NCBI GenBank assembly: GCA_002352645.1
Contig: DEIU01000039.1
Location: forward strand, 67,656 to 131,655
DNA from: Acidimicrobiia bacterium UBA2766
GTDB lineage: Bacteria > Actinomycetota > Acidimicrobiia > UBA2766
Direction of reading: 5' to 3'
Length of the DNA stretch: 64,000 bases
Of this stretch, positions 51,141-61,405 are shown piece by piece. A program made the translations under genes and the position numbers. Position 1 is the stretch's first letter. Every line of letters begins with the position of its first letter. A model generated the notes under the pieces. That model had not been told where the DNA came from. It did not search any database and saw nothing but the letters and a program-made list of their open reading frames with translations.

Positions 51141-52643
51141 TTATGCCTGTGATGAAGATCGAGAGGAAGCCACTATTACGAATGCTGCCTCTTCTTTTGT
51201 CGGGCGTGAAGATAAATAGCGGTGGGTCAGGATGTAGGCGAACATGGCCACCATGGTGGTGCTGCCCATAATGGTCAAGGTGGTCTGTACTCCAATGGCA
51301 TCCCCCACAGCGCCAAGGGGAAGTGCCGCCATTCCGTAGCCGGAAAAGCTCAGCAGTAGGAGAGATTGCACCCTGCCGTGATACTCCAAGTCGGTTTGCT
51401 GCAAGACAATAGTGTTGTTGAGAGACTGGAAAGTAGACGTCGACGCGCCAATGCACATCACAACGAGCAGGGACAAGGGAAAAGTGTGCACTAAACCGAG
51501 GACAGCCACAAAGAGGCCGAAGATCGTGCCCGCAATGGACTGTATGCGGCGAGAGTGTCTGCCTCCTGCAATGCGGGCGACAAAGAAAGAGGCGCTGAGC
51601 GCGCCGATCGCGCTTGCCGCCGACATGAGCCCATAGCCGCTTGACCCGACGTCAAAGATGTCTTTTGCGAGGGCGGGAAGAAAGGCGACGTAGGGAAAGG
51701 CCGTCATGACGACGGCAAAAGACGTGATGGCCAAGAGAAGGAGAGTCGGTCGGCGGCGCATATACTGCAGGCCATCTGCGAGGTCTTGCATGACATGTCC
51801 GCTCTTTTTTCGGGACAGGGAATGACCCGGCGGGAGACGGAAAGACATGAGGAGCGCAATCAGTGTGAATGTGCCTGCACAAAAATAGACGCCTGCTGTT
51901 CCCACCCACGGCACACCAATAAGTACCCCGGCGAGGGACGGCCCAAAAACACGAGTGCCGTTCATGCCCATTTGCTGGAGGATGACCGCATTGGGAAGCA
52001 GTTTTGTACCGACAAGTTCCCCCGTGAAGGCGATGCGAGAAGGCGTCATAAAAGAGAAAACCGTGCCTTGCGCGACAGCTGCACCAATCAACATCCAGTA
52101 CTGAATGAAATCGAAGGCCACTGCGAAACCGAGAGCGAAGGCCGTGGATGCCGTGGTGATGCTAGAGATTTGTATGAGTAGCCGTTTCGAGAAGCGGTCA
52201 GCAGCGACTCCTCCAAACGGGGTGAAAACCAGGAGGGGAAGCCCAAAGCCGAGGAGGACGCCGCCGAGCGCCGCGTTTGACCCAGTGAGATCGTGGGCGA
52301 GCCATCCGCGTGCGATCACCTGCATCTGTGTGGAGACAAAAGAGCAAAGAGATCCTGCCCAGAGCCAGCGGAAGAGGGGCACGTTCAGGGCCGCAAAGGT
52401 GGTATTAGGACGCGCGCTCGTGGCAGGGAGTGTGGTTTCAGGAGGAGGCTGAGGAGAAAGCTGAGCGTGAGACCGGGCGGGGAGGGAAGTGTCAGGGTTG
52501 GGTTGCGCAGCAGGCTTCGCGACAGAAGCCGGAGTGTGGCCGGCAAATGAGTGCGGGTCCTCAGATTCCTCTTTGTTCCCGTTCTTCACTTTTTTTCGTC
52601 CTTCCCCACACGTGTCTGTTCCACCAATGGCCCGATCTCGCAA
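51141..52643 (-). CDS. MFS transporter
   Basis: GGVAADRFSKR motif A, many hydrophobic segments, YHGRVQS; long Pro-rich N-terminal extension, start uncertain. Confidence 0.9.
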   Translation of the reverse strand: MRDRAIGGTDTCGEGRKKVKNGNKEESEDPHSFAGHTPASVAKPAAQPNPDTSLPARSHAQLSPQPPPETTLPATSARPNTTFAALNVPLFRWLWAGSLCSFVSTQMQVIARGWLAHDLTGSNAALGGVLLGFGLPLLVFTPFGGVAADRFSKRLLIQISSITTASTAFALGFAVAFDFIQYWMLIGAAVAQGTVFSFMTPSRIAFTGELVGTKLLPNAVILQQMGMNGTRVFGPSLAGVLIGVPWVGTAGVYFCAGTFTLIALLMSFRLPPGHSLSRKKSGHVMQDLADGLQYMRRRPTLLLLAITSFAVVMTAFPYVAFLPALAKDIFDVGSSGYGLMSAASAIGALSASFFVARIAGGRHSRRIQSIAGTIFGLFVAVLGLVHTFPLSLLVVMCIGASTSTFQSLNNTIVLQQTDLEYHGRVQSLLLLSFSGYGMAALPLGAVGDAIGVQTTLTIMGSTTMVAMFAYILTHRYLSSRPTKEEAAFVIVASSRSSSQA

Positions 52644-53153
52644 GGCCGTAGTTTTCTCATATGTTCGGGGATGTGCGCTGATCTCTGCCTGTCCCCCGTA
52701 AGATCATTGTGGCCTCTCTCCTTGTCGGGTGTTTGCGCGTCTTCTAGCCTATGGCGGCTTTCCTGTCACGCGCCAAACAGTGTATATACAGCGTGTTCTG
52801 ATACCTGTCGCGTTTTTCTGTCTTTTGACGGATGTGGAGCGGAGCCTGTTTTGTGCTCTGGGTTTCTTCGTTCTGAGGGTTATTGGGGTGTGGTGCAGAG
52901 AGCCCTCGATGGTGTTGTCCGATGGTGTTGTTATCGGGAATACTGTGGGATCTTTGAAATTTGTATGGATATGTTTGTGAATTTGTGTGCAGAGCGTCCC
53001 GGCGCGTACCTGGATCGCTTATGGTTATCAGGAGTGAACTTGTCTTGGGGGCGTGATCTCGTGCTGTTCCTGGATTGGGCTGGGTGACCGGCAGACTTGC
53101 CCTCAGGTGGGGGCACCCTCTCCCAAGTATGTGATGTGGATCGCTCTGCTTGC

Positions 53154-53177
53154 GTGAGTCAGTGAGTCAGTGAGTCA
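53154..53177. repeat. Tandem 8-mer GTGAGTCA x3
   Basis: Units at 53154, 53162, 53170. Confidence 0.9.
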
Positions 53178-53226
53178 GGTAAGTCGGTGAGGCAGACCGG
53201 ACAGAGAGGCAGAACCGGGAAAGAGT

Positions 53227-53985
53227 ATGACACAGGAGACGACACGGAAGACGACACAGAAGACGCGAGAGGGACCGACAAGCCGGCATGAACAGGATTT
53301 GTGTGCAGCTGAGCGTGAGCGGGTTGGGACGCGAGCACTTGTGGCTGGTCTCGATGAGGTAGGGCGGGGCGCCTGGGCAGGGCCGGTAACAGTCGGGCTT
53401 GTGGTCTGGCAAGAAGGCATAGTGGTGCAGGGGGTGCGGGATTCGAAACTGCTTTCTCCTCAGCGTCGCGTGGAACTGGCAAATGAGATACGTGATTGCC
53501 TGCCGTACGGAGTGGGGCACGCGGGCAATGTCGAGGTTGACGAACTGGGCATGAACGCCGCCTTGCGTTTGGCGTCTTTGCGGGCTTTGCTGGCCCTTGA
53601 GGAATCTTTTTGTGTGGTTCCCTCTCATCTCATTGTGGACGGAACGCAGAATTTCCTTGCCGGTGTGCTTCCCGCCATGTGTCTGCCAAAGGCCGATACA
53701 CACTGTGTGTCGGTGGCGATGGCCTCCGTCCTGGCGAAGGCCATGCGTGACGCGCAGATGGTAACCGTAAGCGAGCACTACCCGGTCTATGCCTTCGCTG
53801 AGAATAAGGGGTATCCGGCACCGGTGCACCGTCGTGCCCTGGAAGAGCATGGTCCCTGTGTGTTGCACCGGCATTCTTGGGCACCTTTGCGTGCTCTCGC
53901 TGGTGCGCCTCCCTTTCGTCGCGTCTTTCTCCCTGCTCCTGGCCCTGCCCGATTGCCTTTGGCTTCTGCCCCGACCTTGTTTTGA
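53227..53985 (+). CDS. rnhB: Ribonuclease HII
   Basis: GLDEVGRGAWAGP, RDSK, IVDG, KAD...SVAMASVLAK, NKGY, HRHSW. Confidence 0.93.
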   Translation: MTQETTRKTTQKTREGPTSRHEQDLCAAERERVGTRALVAGLDEVGRGAWAGPVTVGLVVWQEGIVVQGVRDSKLLSPQRRVELANEIRDCLPYGVGHAGNVEVDELGMNAALRLASLRALLALEESFCVVPSHLIVDGTQNFLAGVLPAMCLPKADTHCVSVAMASVLAKAMRDAQMVTVSEHYPVYAFAENKGYPAPVHRRALEEHGPCVLHRHSWAPLRALAGAPPFRRVFLPAPGPARLPLASAPTLF

Positions 53986-54776
53986 GGGAGTTTCGGTGGG
54001 GATTTTGGGGTGATGACCTGGTTACGGGCTGTTTTTGATAGAGGATATGACCTGTGTGCTGGGATCTTGCTCCCTGAGAATGACACCTAGGCAGTTTTTC
54101 GCCTTTGTGGATATTCTCTGTCTTTTTTCTACTGGAAAGTGATGGATTTTCCGCAAGAAGTGGTGTATAGGAGTTTCTTTCATCATTTATGCGTTTATAA
54201 AATGTTGTTTGTATACTTGTAAAGTATTGCTTGTACATGTAGGACAGTGCAGATTTAGTATGCAAGAGTATTTAATAACTATTTGGTGTTTTTTCGGCAG
54301 CTGTTCTTCTTGTGTTTTTCTTGTTGTGGAGAAGAATTCTTCGAAATCGAAGAGGGTTTTTTCGCGGTTATGCCGGCGAAGAAAAGGAAGAAGGTGAGAA
54401 AAAAGGGAAGAGGTTTTTTTCGAAGTGGGTTTCTTAATGACACGTGGAGGGAAAGGGGCAGCGTGTATTGTCGTAATGTGGTATTTTTTTTTGCTGACCA
54501 GTGTTATTTTTATGGGGATTCTTGTGTATTTTCTGGAATAAAAGCATGTTTTGTCTGGTTTCTAGATATTGTTTCGCGTGTGTTTACCTTCTCTTTTTTT
54601 TCTTTCTTGCTATATTCGAGCTAAGAAAGTGCTGAGGAAACAAGAAGGAAGTCAAAAGACAGGATAAAACGGGGTGGGTGAAGTTTTGTGTGGAGGGAAA
54701 TTTTTATACTTGCATTTTGGCCAGTTTTCTCATCTTGATGAGTGTTACTCACGATGAGTGTTTTTCACACGGATAA

Positions 54777-54945
54777 TCCCCGTCTCGTCAGTATCTCGAA
54801 AGATCCTCGTTCCCCCCGAGGGCGTGGATAGTGACAGAGACAGTATGGGGAACCTCCCGGTTGGGCATTCTCCCCCCCCGCTCGACCGGAACTCGAGATT
54901 GACCCATGGGCGGAACGCGCGTCCCTGCCCATGGGTCAATCCTTC
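54777..54945 (+). ncRNA. Candidate structured non-coding RNA with two C-rich loops (6C-RNA-like) and a terminal hairpin
   Basis: Stems GTCTC/GAGAC, GTCA/TGAC and TATC/GATA enclosing CCTCG-ttcccc-CGAGG; then CCGGTTGGGC-(attct + C-run)-GCTCGACCGG; then perfect 15-bp GATTGACCCATGGGC/GCCCATGGGTCAATC; GC-rich island inside an AT-rich gap. Confidence 0.6.
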
Positions 54946-55269
54946 TGTGTCTTGTTTTTGAACAATCTTTCGAAAAACTTTTTGATGCAGCGCACGCGGG
55001 GAGAAGTATTTTTCTTTGTGTAAGAGAGATATTAGCTCTCCGATCTAATGTCTTTTACACGGGGCAGCTACTCGTTTTTTGATCCGATGGAGATCCCGGC
55101 GAGTATAAAACTGCGAAGAAGTTGCAAAAAAACAAAATGGCATTCTTTTTGCAGAAGTTTGAGTGGTGCTGTGGGCGGTTTTGTGAAATGATGCTTTATT
55201 TTTTCGCGTAGATCTGGGCGTAGAAAATCTGTTCCTCTGAAAGACAGATGCTCTTGTGCGGATGCCCGT

Positions 55270-56787
55270 TCAAGGGGGAAAAATATCGTGCTCTGTCAGG
55301 TGGATTTGCGCACGCACAAGACTGCCGACTGCAAAACTTTTCTCATTGCGTAGACGGGCCCGCAAATGAGCTCCTTTTTTACCGGCTATCGTCACTAATT
55401 CATCGTGCCCGTGATACTCCTGGTCGATCACTGTACACACGTTTCCTTGTTGTGCATCTTCTTTCGTCTTTTGTTGCACGCGTTGTTGAGTGCTTTCTTC
55501 TGCATTTTCGATATGTTGGAGTTCAGGACGGGTGGGAAAACCAGAGGACAGTGAGTTTCCTGCGGGAGGAGGTGCGCTGTCGTGGGTGTCGGGAGTGTCC
55601 GCAGAAAAAAGAACCACCGATTCAGGACGAATCGCGAGAGTGCAGCGCGCGATTTGTTGTTGATGAGAAGGCAGACGCACGATGCCCCAGGGAGTTTCTG
55701 CCCTTCCCGCGTGTTGTTGGGTTTCGATCACGGTGGCGTCTGCCAGGAAACTCGCCACAAAGGGAGTAGTTGGTCTGTGGTAGAGGTCGGCCGGTGATCC
55801 TGCTTGGATCACGCGTCCGTCCTGCATGACTGCGACACGATCTGCCATCGAGAAGGCTTCTTCGCGTGAGTGTGTAACGAAGATGGCGGTCGCGCCGGCT
55901 TTGCGTAAAATATTTTGCACTTCGGCCCGCATTTTCTGGCGGAGAGTCGTATCCAAGTTTGAAAAAGGTTCGTCCAACAGAATCAAGGTGGGATGGGGCG
56001 CAAGCGCGCGCGCCAGGGCTACCCGTTGCTGCTGTCCTCCAGAGAGTTGGTGAGGTCGGCGGTGTTTGTACTCTTCCAGGTCGACGAGCGACAGCAACTC
56101 GTCGACTCGGGGAGATTGCCGGCGTGCGCGTCGTCGCCCTGTCAGGCCAAAGGCGATATTCTCTGCCACGTTCAGATGGGGAAAGAGCGCGTAATCCTGA
56201 AAGACCATGCCAATCTGTCGCCGTTCTGGGGGAACATGCGTCTCAGGGGATTCCACGAGTTTCCCAGCCAGCCGGATTGTGCCTTCGTCGGCGCGTTCAA
56301 AACCGGCGATCAAGCGGAGGGTTGTGGTTTTTCCGCACCCACTTGGTCCGAGCAGCGCAACAATCTCGCCTTCTTCTACATCGAGATCAAGCTGGTTGAC
56401 CGCGGGTTTTTCTGCAAAATTTTTCTTTATTCCCTGCAGAGAGAGCAGTAGGGAAGGAGACGAAGATTCTTGCGACGCGGGCACGGTCTTTTTTCCAGGC
56501 ATTCGTAGGTGGGAACCAATATTCGCAGCGGTATACGCCGGGAGGTTCTTTGTTCCTTTTTGCATAGCTGATTTTTGTGTTGTCGATGTTTCCTGACTGT
56601 TTAGTGGGGAAGGTGGTGTTGTGCGTGCTTTTTCTAGCCTGTCGTTGCCTGATATCCAGCGTGGATCGGGGCTTTCGGACTGCAGGATAGGTCTCGGGAT
56701 CAGTCCGGAGAGAGGCGCTGGTGTCGGCCCAAAAGGGAAATGAAAGGAAGGGCTTGTGGTAGGGGGGGAGCCCGGATCAGTTTGCAT
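55270..56787 (-). CDS. ABC transporter ATP-binding subunit (Fe3+/FbpC-like) with long N-terminal extension
   Basis: GPSGCGKTT Walker [37 protein letters not shown]-like tail; start placed at ATG 56787 overlapping the permease stop. Confidence 0.92.
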   Translation of the reverse strand: MQTDPGSPPTTSPSFHFPFGPTPAPLSGLIPRPILQSESPDPRWISGNDRLEKARTTPPSPLNSQETSTTQKSAMQKGTKNLPAYTAANIGSHLRMPGKKTVPASQESSSPSLLLSLQGIKKNFAEKPAVNQLDLDVEEGEIVALLGPSGCGKTTTLRLIAGFERADEGTIRLAGKLVESPETHVPPERRQIGMVFQDYALFPHLNVAENIAFGLTGRRRARRQSPRVDELLSLVDLEEYKHRRPHQLSGGQQQRVALARALAPHPTLILLDEPFSNLDTTLRQKMRAEVQNILRKAGATAIFVTHSREEAFSMADRVAVMQDGRVIQAGSPADLYHRPTTPFVASFLADATVIETQQHAGRAETPWGIVRLPSHQQQIARCTLAIRPESVVLFSADTPDTHDSAPPPAGNSLSSGFPTRPELQHIENAEESTQQRVQQKTKEDAQQGNVCTVIDQEYHGHDELVTIAGKKGAHLRARLRNEKSFAVGSLVRAQIHLTEHDIFPP

Positions 56788-58408
56788 TGTGCCACTCCCT
56801 TGCAGAGAGGATACCCATTGGGACAGAAGCCAGGACGAGAAGCAGAAGTCCTGCTGCTCCTGCTGTTTCATAGAATCGAGGTTCTTGCGCGCCGCTCCAG
56901 ATCACGAGCGCAAGCGTGTTGAACTCCAGCGGATGAAGCATCACGGTCACGGGAAGTTCTTTCATGACGTTCAAGAAAACGAGAATGGCGCCGGCGGTGA
57001 GGCCGCGCAACATGAGGGGCAAGGTGACGAGGCGGAGGGCATGTGCCCATGTGCAACCGAGGCCCCGTGCTGCCTCTTCGAGGTGGGGATTAATACGTCC
57101 GAGTGCTGCTTGGGCGCTGCCGAGAGCTTGTGGCAAGAAGTGCACCACGTACGCGAGTACTAAAACAATGGTTGTTTGGTAGAGAAAAAAAGCGGAGCGG
57201 AGGGTGAAAGCTGCGAGTGCGCCGGCGATCACCACACCTGGTAAACCGTAGGCTGACCAGGTGGTCCGTTCTGCGATTCTGGAGAAACGACTCGGATAGC
57301 GCACGACTGTCACCGCGAGCGGGAGGACCGCAACAATTGCGACAAGCGCGGCAATGAGGGAGACCCACATGGATCGTGTGGAGGCCTCCCAGAGTTCTTG
57401 CGCGAAGTCAGCGTTGAAGGCTGCGCTCCCGATTCCGTCCCATGTCCAATAGGAAAGAATGAAAACCGGGATGAGGAGGGAGACGCAGCATATGGCAGTG
57501 GCTGCAGCAGCGGCCGGCCAGCGTGCGATCCCAAGGTGCAGTGGACGGCTCTGTTTCCCACTTCCCGGCGAAGTGAGCGCAAGACGAAGTGGGCCGCGTA
57601 GCACGAGCTGGAAACCGACAATTCCCAGGGTCAACAGGATCAGGACTGAGGCAAAGTTGAGTCCTGCTTGCTGGTCGAGTAATTGCATGCGGCCTTCTAT
57701 GGCAAGGGTCAGCGTCTCGTAGCGCATGATTGCGACCCCGCCGAAGTCTGCCAGCGTGTACAAGGCAACAAGTAAGGCCCCGGATGCCAATGCCGGCCGG
57801 ACTTGGGGGAGTACTGCCTTGAACAGGGCACGAGATGGACTTGCACCCAAGCTGCGTGCTGCTTCTTCTGTGGATCCGTCGAGGTCTCGTAACGCCGCGG
57901 TCACGGGAAGCAGGATGTACGGATAGGTAGAGAGGGTCAGGACAAGCAGGGCGCCGGAAAAACCGGCGATGTCGGGGAGCCGGTCGACGCCGAGTGGTTC
58001 GATCCATTCTTGGATGAGGCCTTTTGGGCGGAAGGCCGAGTAGTACGCGAATGCTCCGAGAAAGGAGGGAATGACGAGCGGTAGGTTCAGGGCAATATTG
58101 AAAAAACGCTTGCCAGGGAGGTCAGTTCTGGCGAGTGCGAGGGCCAAAGGCAAGGCGATCATGATCGCTGCTGCCGTGACCGCAAGGGCAAGGCCTCCGG
58201 TACGCGTGATGAGCTCGAAGGTTCGTTCGGTGGAAAGCTGCGAGAAGAGGTCGGATCCTGATCCGAGGGCGCGGGCGAAGACATAGGCACCAGGCAACAT
58301 GCTGCCGATCGCCACCAGGGCAGTGGGAGCAAAAATGGGGAAAGGAGGACGAGGGGAGGCTGTGCTCTTTTTTTCTGTTGTGTTTTCTGTCGCTATTTCA
58401 GTTTGCAT
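56777..58408 (-). CDS. Iron(III) ABC transporter permease (FbpB-like, two TM modules)
   Basis: Two EAA loops (EEAARSLGAS, EEAARGLGC), DFG, MKELP.T. Confidence 0.92.
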   Translation of the reverse strand: MQTEIATENTTEKKSTASPRPPFPIFAPTALVAIGSMLPGAYVFARALGSGSDLFSQLSTERTFELITRTGGLALAVTAAAIMIALPLALALARTDLPGKRFFNIALNLPLVIPSFLGAFAYYSAFRPKGLIQEWIEPLGVDRLPDIAGFSGALLVLTLSTYPYILLPVTAALRDLDGSTEEAARSLGASPSRALFKAVLPQVRPALASGALLVALYTLADFGGVAIMRYETLTLAIEGRMQLLDQQAGLNFASVLILLTLGIVGFQLVLRGPLRLALTSPGSGKQSRPLHLGIARWPAAAAATAICCVSLLIPVFILSYWTWDGIGSAAFNADFAQELWEASTRSMWVSLIAALVAIVAVLPLAVTVVRYPSRFSRIAERTTWSAYGLPGVVIAGALAAFTLRSAFFLYQTTIVLVLAYVVHFLPQALGSAQAALGRINPHLEEAARGLGCTWAHALRLVTLPLMLRGLTAGAILVFLNVMKELPVTVMLHPLEFNTLALVIWSGAQEPRFYETAGAAGLLLLVLASVPMGILSAREWHNAN

Positions 58409-58428
58409 ATATGAGGGGTGATAAAATA

Positions 58429-58447
58429 TTTTGTAAGGACAACCTAA
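58429..58447. promoter_or_regulatory. Putative IdeR/DtxR iron box upstream of the iron permease
   Basis: TTTTGTAAGGACAACCTAA matches 15 of 19 positions of TWAGGTWAGSCTWACCTWA; about 20 bp upstream of the permease ATG. Confidence 0.7.
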
Positions 58448-58640
58448 ATCTTACTATAAGTGACGGAAGAGAGTGGGGGAAGTTCCCTTCGCGTTGTTTG
58501 CACTATTTGTTGATCTTTTTTGCTCCCTTGGACATTGCTCTTGCGAACGGGTTTCCTGGTTCCAGGCTTTGGGGGTATCCTCGGCACCATAGTGGGCTTT
58601 TTCTCTTCTTCTGTTGCCGAGCCCCATCTGGAGGTGCCCC

Positions 58641-58949
58641 GTGGGCCAAATCATCAATGCGAAGTTGCTTGAGGGGCCCGAACCCAGTGTCCGGCATTTT
58701 GAACTGGACCGCGGGATCACTGGAATGGGAACGTGTGAGTATTTTTCTTTGGCGGATGCTTCGGGCGATCTTCCCGCCGATTTACTTGCGCGCCGTCTTT
58801 TCGAGATTTCTGGTGTCGTCAGCGTCTTCATCTACGGGAATGTAGTGTCCATTCACAGTCTCCCCGGAACAGACTGGCAAAAATTGCTTCCGCCAATTGT
58901 CGACGTCATCCGCAATCTTTTTATTCACTATGAAGTGAATCGTGTGTGA
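58641..58949 (+). CDS. Small Nfu/NifU-N-terminal-like protein
   Basis: GGAGG RBS; LARRLFEISGVVSVFIYGNVVSI...W...I..LF..Y pattern similar to Nfu_N domains. Confidence 0.7.
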   Translation: MGQIINAKLLEGPEPSVRHFELDRGITGMGTCEYFSLADASGDLPADLLARRLFEISGVVSVFIYGNVVSIHSLPGTDWQKLLPPIVDVIRNLFIHYEVNRV

Positions 58950-59094
58950 TATGGCTCATTCTTCATTTTGAAGACAAGTGCCCGGAGTTTTCCCGTGGCA
59001 CCTTGCGGTTGGTCACGAAGGCACCCCGGCGTATACGGTCGGAGGGAGGAGAGATGTCAGCGGGATCGTTGCTGACAGCGAGGGGACAGAGAAA

Positions 59095-60105
59095 ATGAAG
59101 ATTGATACCGGCCTTGGTATGGGGAGCCTTGACCGAGTGGGTGAACATGCTCGCCGGGCAGAAGAACTCGGCTTTGCCACCCTGTGGAGTGTGGAGGCAC
59201 AAGGCACGCCCTTTCTGCCGCTTGCAATTGCAGCAGTAGAAACCGAGCGTATTGAGCTCGGAACAGGGATTGCCGTGGCTTTTGCCCGTTCTCCCATGGT
59301 GCATGCCATGACCGCCTGGGACTTGCACAAAGCCTCAAAAGGGAGATTCATCCTGGGGCTGGGCACGCAGGTGAAAAAGCATGTGGAGCGGCGTTTTTCT
59401 GCCGAGTTTTCTCCCCCTGGGCCACGCATGCGCGACATGCTTCTTGCCATCAGGCATATCTGGGATGCTTTTGATGGCAAACACAAGCTTTCCTATAAGG
59501 GGAAGTATTACACGCACGACTACTCCAACCCCTTCTTCACGCCTGGACCTACCGGATACGGGCAACCCAAACTGATGATCGCAGCGGTCGGTCCCTATAT
59601 GTGCCGTCTTGCAGGGGAAGTATGCGACGGTATGGAAGTTCACCCTTTTCATACAGCCAAATACTTTGACGAAGTTATTTTGCCGAACGTGCAAATAGGC
59701 CTTGCCAAAGCTGGACGCTCCCTCGACGACTTCGAGTTCACCACCTCAGCCTTTGCGTTGGTTGGGACAGGAGAACAACAAGAAAAACTCGCCGGTCTTG
59801 CCCGTCAACAAATTGCCTTTTACGGTTCGACCCCCGCATATAAAGGCGTTTTCGAGATTGAAGGCTGGGATGACCTGCAGCCGCAACTTGCGAACATGGT
59901 GCGCAAAAACGAGTGGGGCAACATGAACAACCTCATCAGCGATGAGGTAATGGAGAAGTTCACGGTGCGGGCCGACTTTGCCGATTTGCCGAATGCCATC
60001 AATGAACGTTTCGGCAGCCGTGCGCAGCGAGTCGGTTTTTACACTCCCGTCATTGGTTCCGGTCTCGAGGAACAATACGCCAAAGTTGTGAAAGCATTGG
60101 CGTAA
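59095..60105 (+). CDS. Probable F420-dependent LLM-class oxidoreductase
   Basis: LGTGIAVAFARSPM, AWDL, GRFILGLGTQVKKHVERRFS, AAVGP.M, HPFHT, QIAFYGSTPAY. Confidence 0.9.
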   Translation: MKIDTGLGMGSLDRVGEHARRAEELGFATLWSVEAQGTPFLPLAIAAVETERIELGTGIAVAFARSPMVHAMTAWDLHKASKGRFILGLGTQVKKHVERRFSAEFSPPGPRMRDMLLAIRHIWDAFDGKHKLSYKGKYYTHDYSNPFFTPGPTGYGQPKLMIAAVGPYMCRLAGEVCDGMEVHPFHTAKYFDEVILPNVQIGLAKAGRSLDDFEFTTSAFALVGTGEQQEKLAGLARQQIAFYGSTPAYKGVFEIEGWDDLQPQLANMVRKNEWGNMNNLISDEVMEKFTVRADFADLPNAINERFGSRAQRVGFYTPVIGSGLEEQYAKVVKALA

Positions 60106-60529
60106 GGCTGCAATTGTTTTGCTCGGTCCGGCACTTCCGCCGGATCAAGTAAAACTCTGCTCGATATCGTGCCGGCACGTGAGGGAATACGGACTCGCGG
60201 GAGTGTGGAAAAAAGCATGCGGGGGGGTATCAAGGAGCATGACCGCGGCGTGTCTCTGGTTTTTTTATCGGTGTTTGTTTTTCTTTCTTTTCGCGAGTAC
60301 GGGTGCGAGAATGAAGAAGATCTGCCGCGAAACTCCAGGAAAAAGGGGATTTTTTTGGGCTTCTCCTGTGCTTCATCCCCATATGTCATAGAGGTTCTGT
60401 GAGCAAGCTGAAAAATGAGCACGAGGATGATTGTTTCTTTGTCGTAAGCCAGTAAACTCCCGATTCGTGCATCCTCAAGTAGCGCAAAGCGCATTCCCGA
60501 GTGTTTCTGAACTGGTTCGTAGCGGTGTT

Positions 60530-61405
60530 GTGGACATTGCTGACGGCCATTTTTCTTTCGCCTCAGAGGAGTCTGGCGAGCCCACTTCGGACACCGTTGT
60601 TCCTGAGATGGAATATCACGCTGTTGAAGTCGGGGCTGGCCGGTCTATTGTCCTCTTTCATGACCTTTTCTCCTCACAAAAAGGGTTTGATCCTATTTGT
60701 GAGTCACTTTCTGATGACTGGCGTTGTATGGCGCTCGATCTCCCGGGACACGGGGCGAGCTCTCCTTTGCCTCCTGATCGTGAGACCACTGATCTTCTTA
60801 GTTTTGTCGAAGAACTTGTTGACGTGCTCACGGAGTTTGCGGTGCTTCCTGCAGCTCTGGTTGGTCACGGGACCGGCGGCTTGCTGGCAGCCCTTATTGG
60901 TCTAACCCGTCCTGAACTGGTGAGTAGCCTCGTTCTTGTTTCATGTGATCTGCGGGGCGGAGTGGTCTCCACTCCCACGGACAAGTTCCTCACCCGCATG
61001 CAGCGCGATGATGAAGAAGCCATCGAAGATTTTTTCCCTCTTCGCTACAGCGAGAATTTTTTTCTTCACCACCCCGGCCAAACAGAGACAGAACGAGACG
61101 ATTTTTCGAGTTTTGATTTTGCGGCTGTCAGCGGTTTTGCTGCCATTCTCGCCGAATGCCCAGATCTCACAAAGCGCCTCAGCACCCTCACAATGCCGCT
61201 CCTTCTCGTGACAGGCGCGAAAGACCGGATCGTTCCACCACGCGTGGTACGGCGAGCGATGACTGAAGCCGCCAAGGCAGACGCCGAGGGCAATATTTCC
61301 TACAAAATCCTTCCAGATGCCGGTCACATGCTGCCTATTGAGCAGCCTGGCTTGCTTACCGAACTGATTGACGAACACCTTTTAACAGGAAACTGGCGTG
61401 AATGA
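60530..61405 (+). CDS. Alpha/beta-hydrolase-fold protein lacking the nucleophilic Ser
   Basis: DLPGHGAS; elbow reads VGHGTGG instead of GHSxGG; GAKD (Asp) and DAGH (His) retained; start uncertain. Confidence 0.8.
   Translation: MDIADGHFSFASEESGEPTSDTVVPEMEYHAVEVGAGRSIVLFHDLFSSQKGFDPICESLSDDWRCMALDLPGHGASSPLPPDRETTDLLSFVEELVDVLTEFAVLPAALVGHGTGGLLAALIGLTRPELVSSLVLVSCDLRGGVVSTPTDKFLTRMQRDDEEAIEDFFPLRYSENFFLHHPGQTETERDDFSSFDFAAVSGFAAILAECPDLTKRLSTLTMPLLLVTGAKDRIVPPRVVRRAMTEAAKADAEGNISYKILPDAGHMLPIEQPGLLTELIDEHLLTGNWRE

Noticed and set aside
54777..54945. Structured element as a c-di-AMP (ydaO) or cobalamin riboswitch, or as a retron msr-msd
   Set aside because: Lacks the conserved ydaO and B12-box sequences, has no co-oriented downstream gene on the + strand, and no reverse transcriptase is present
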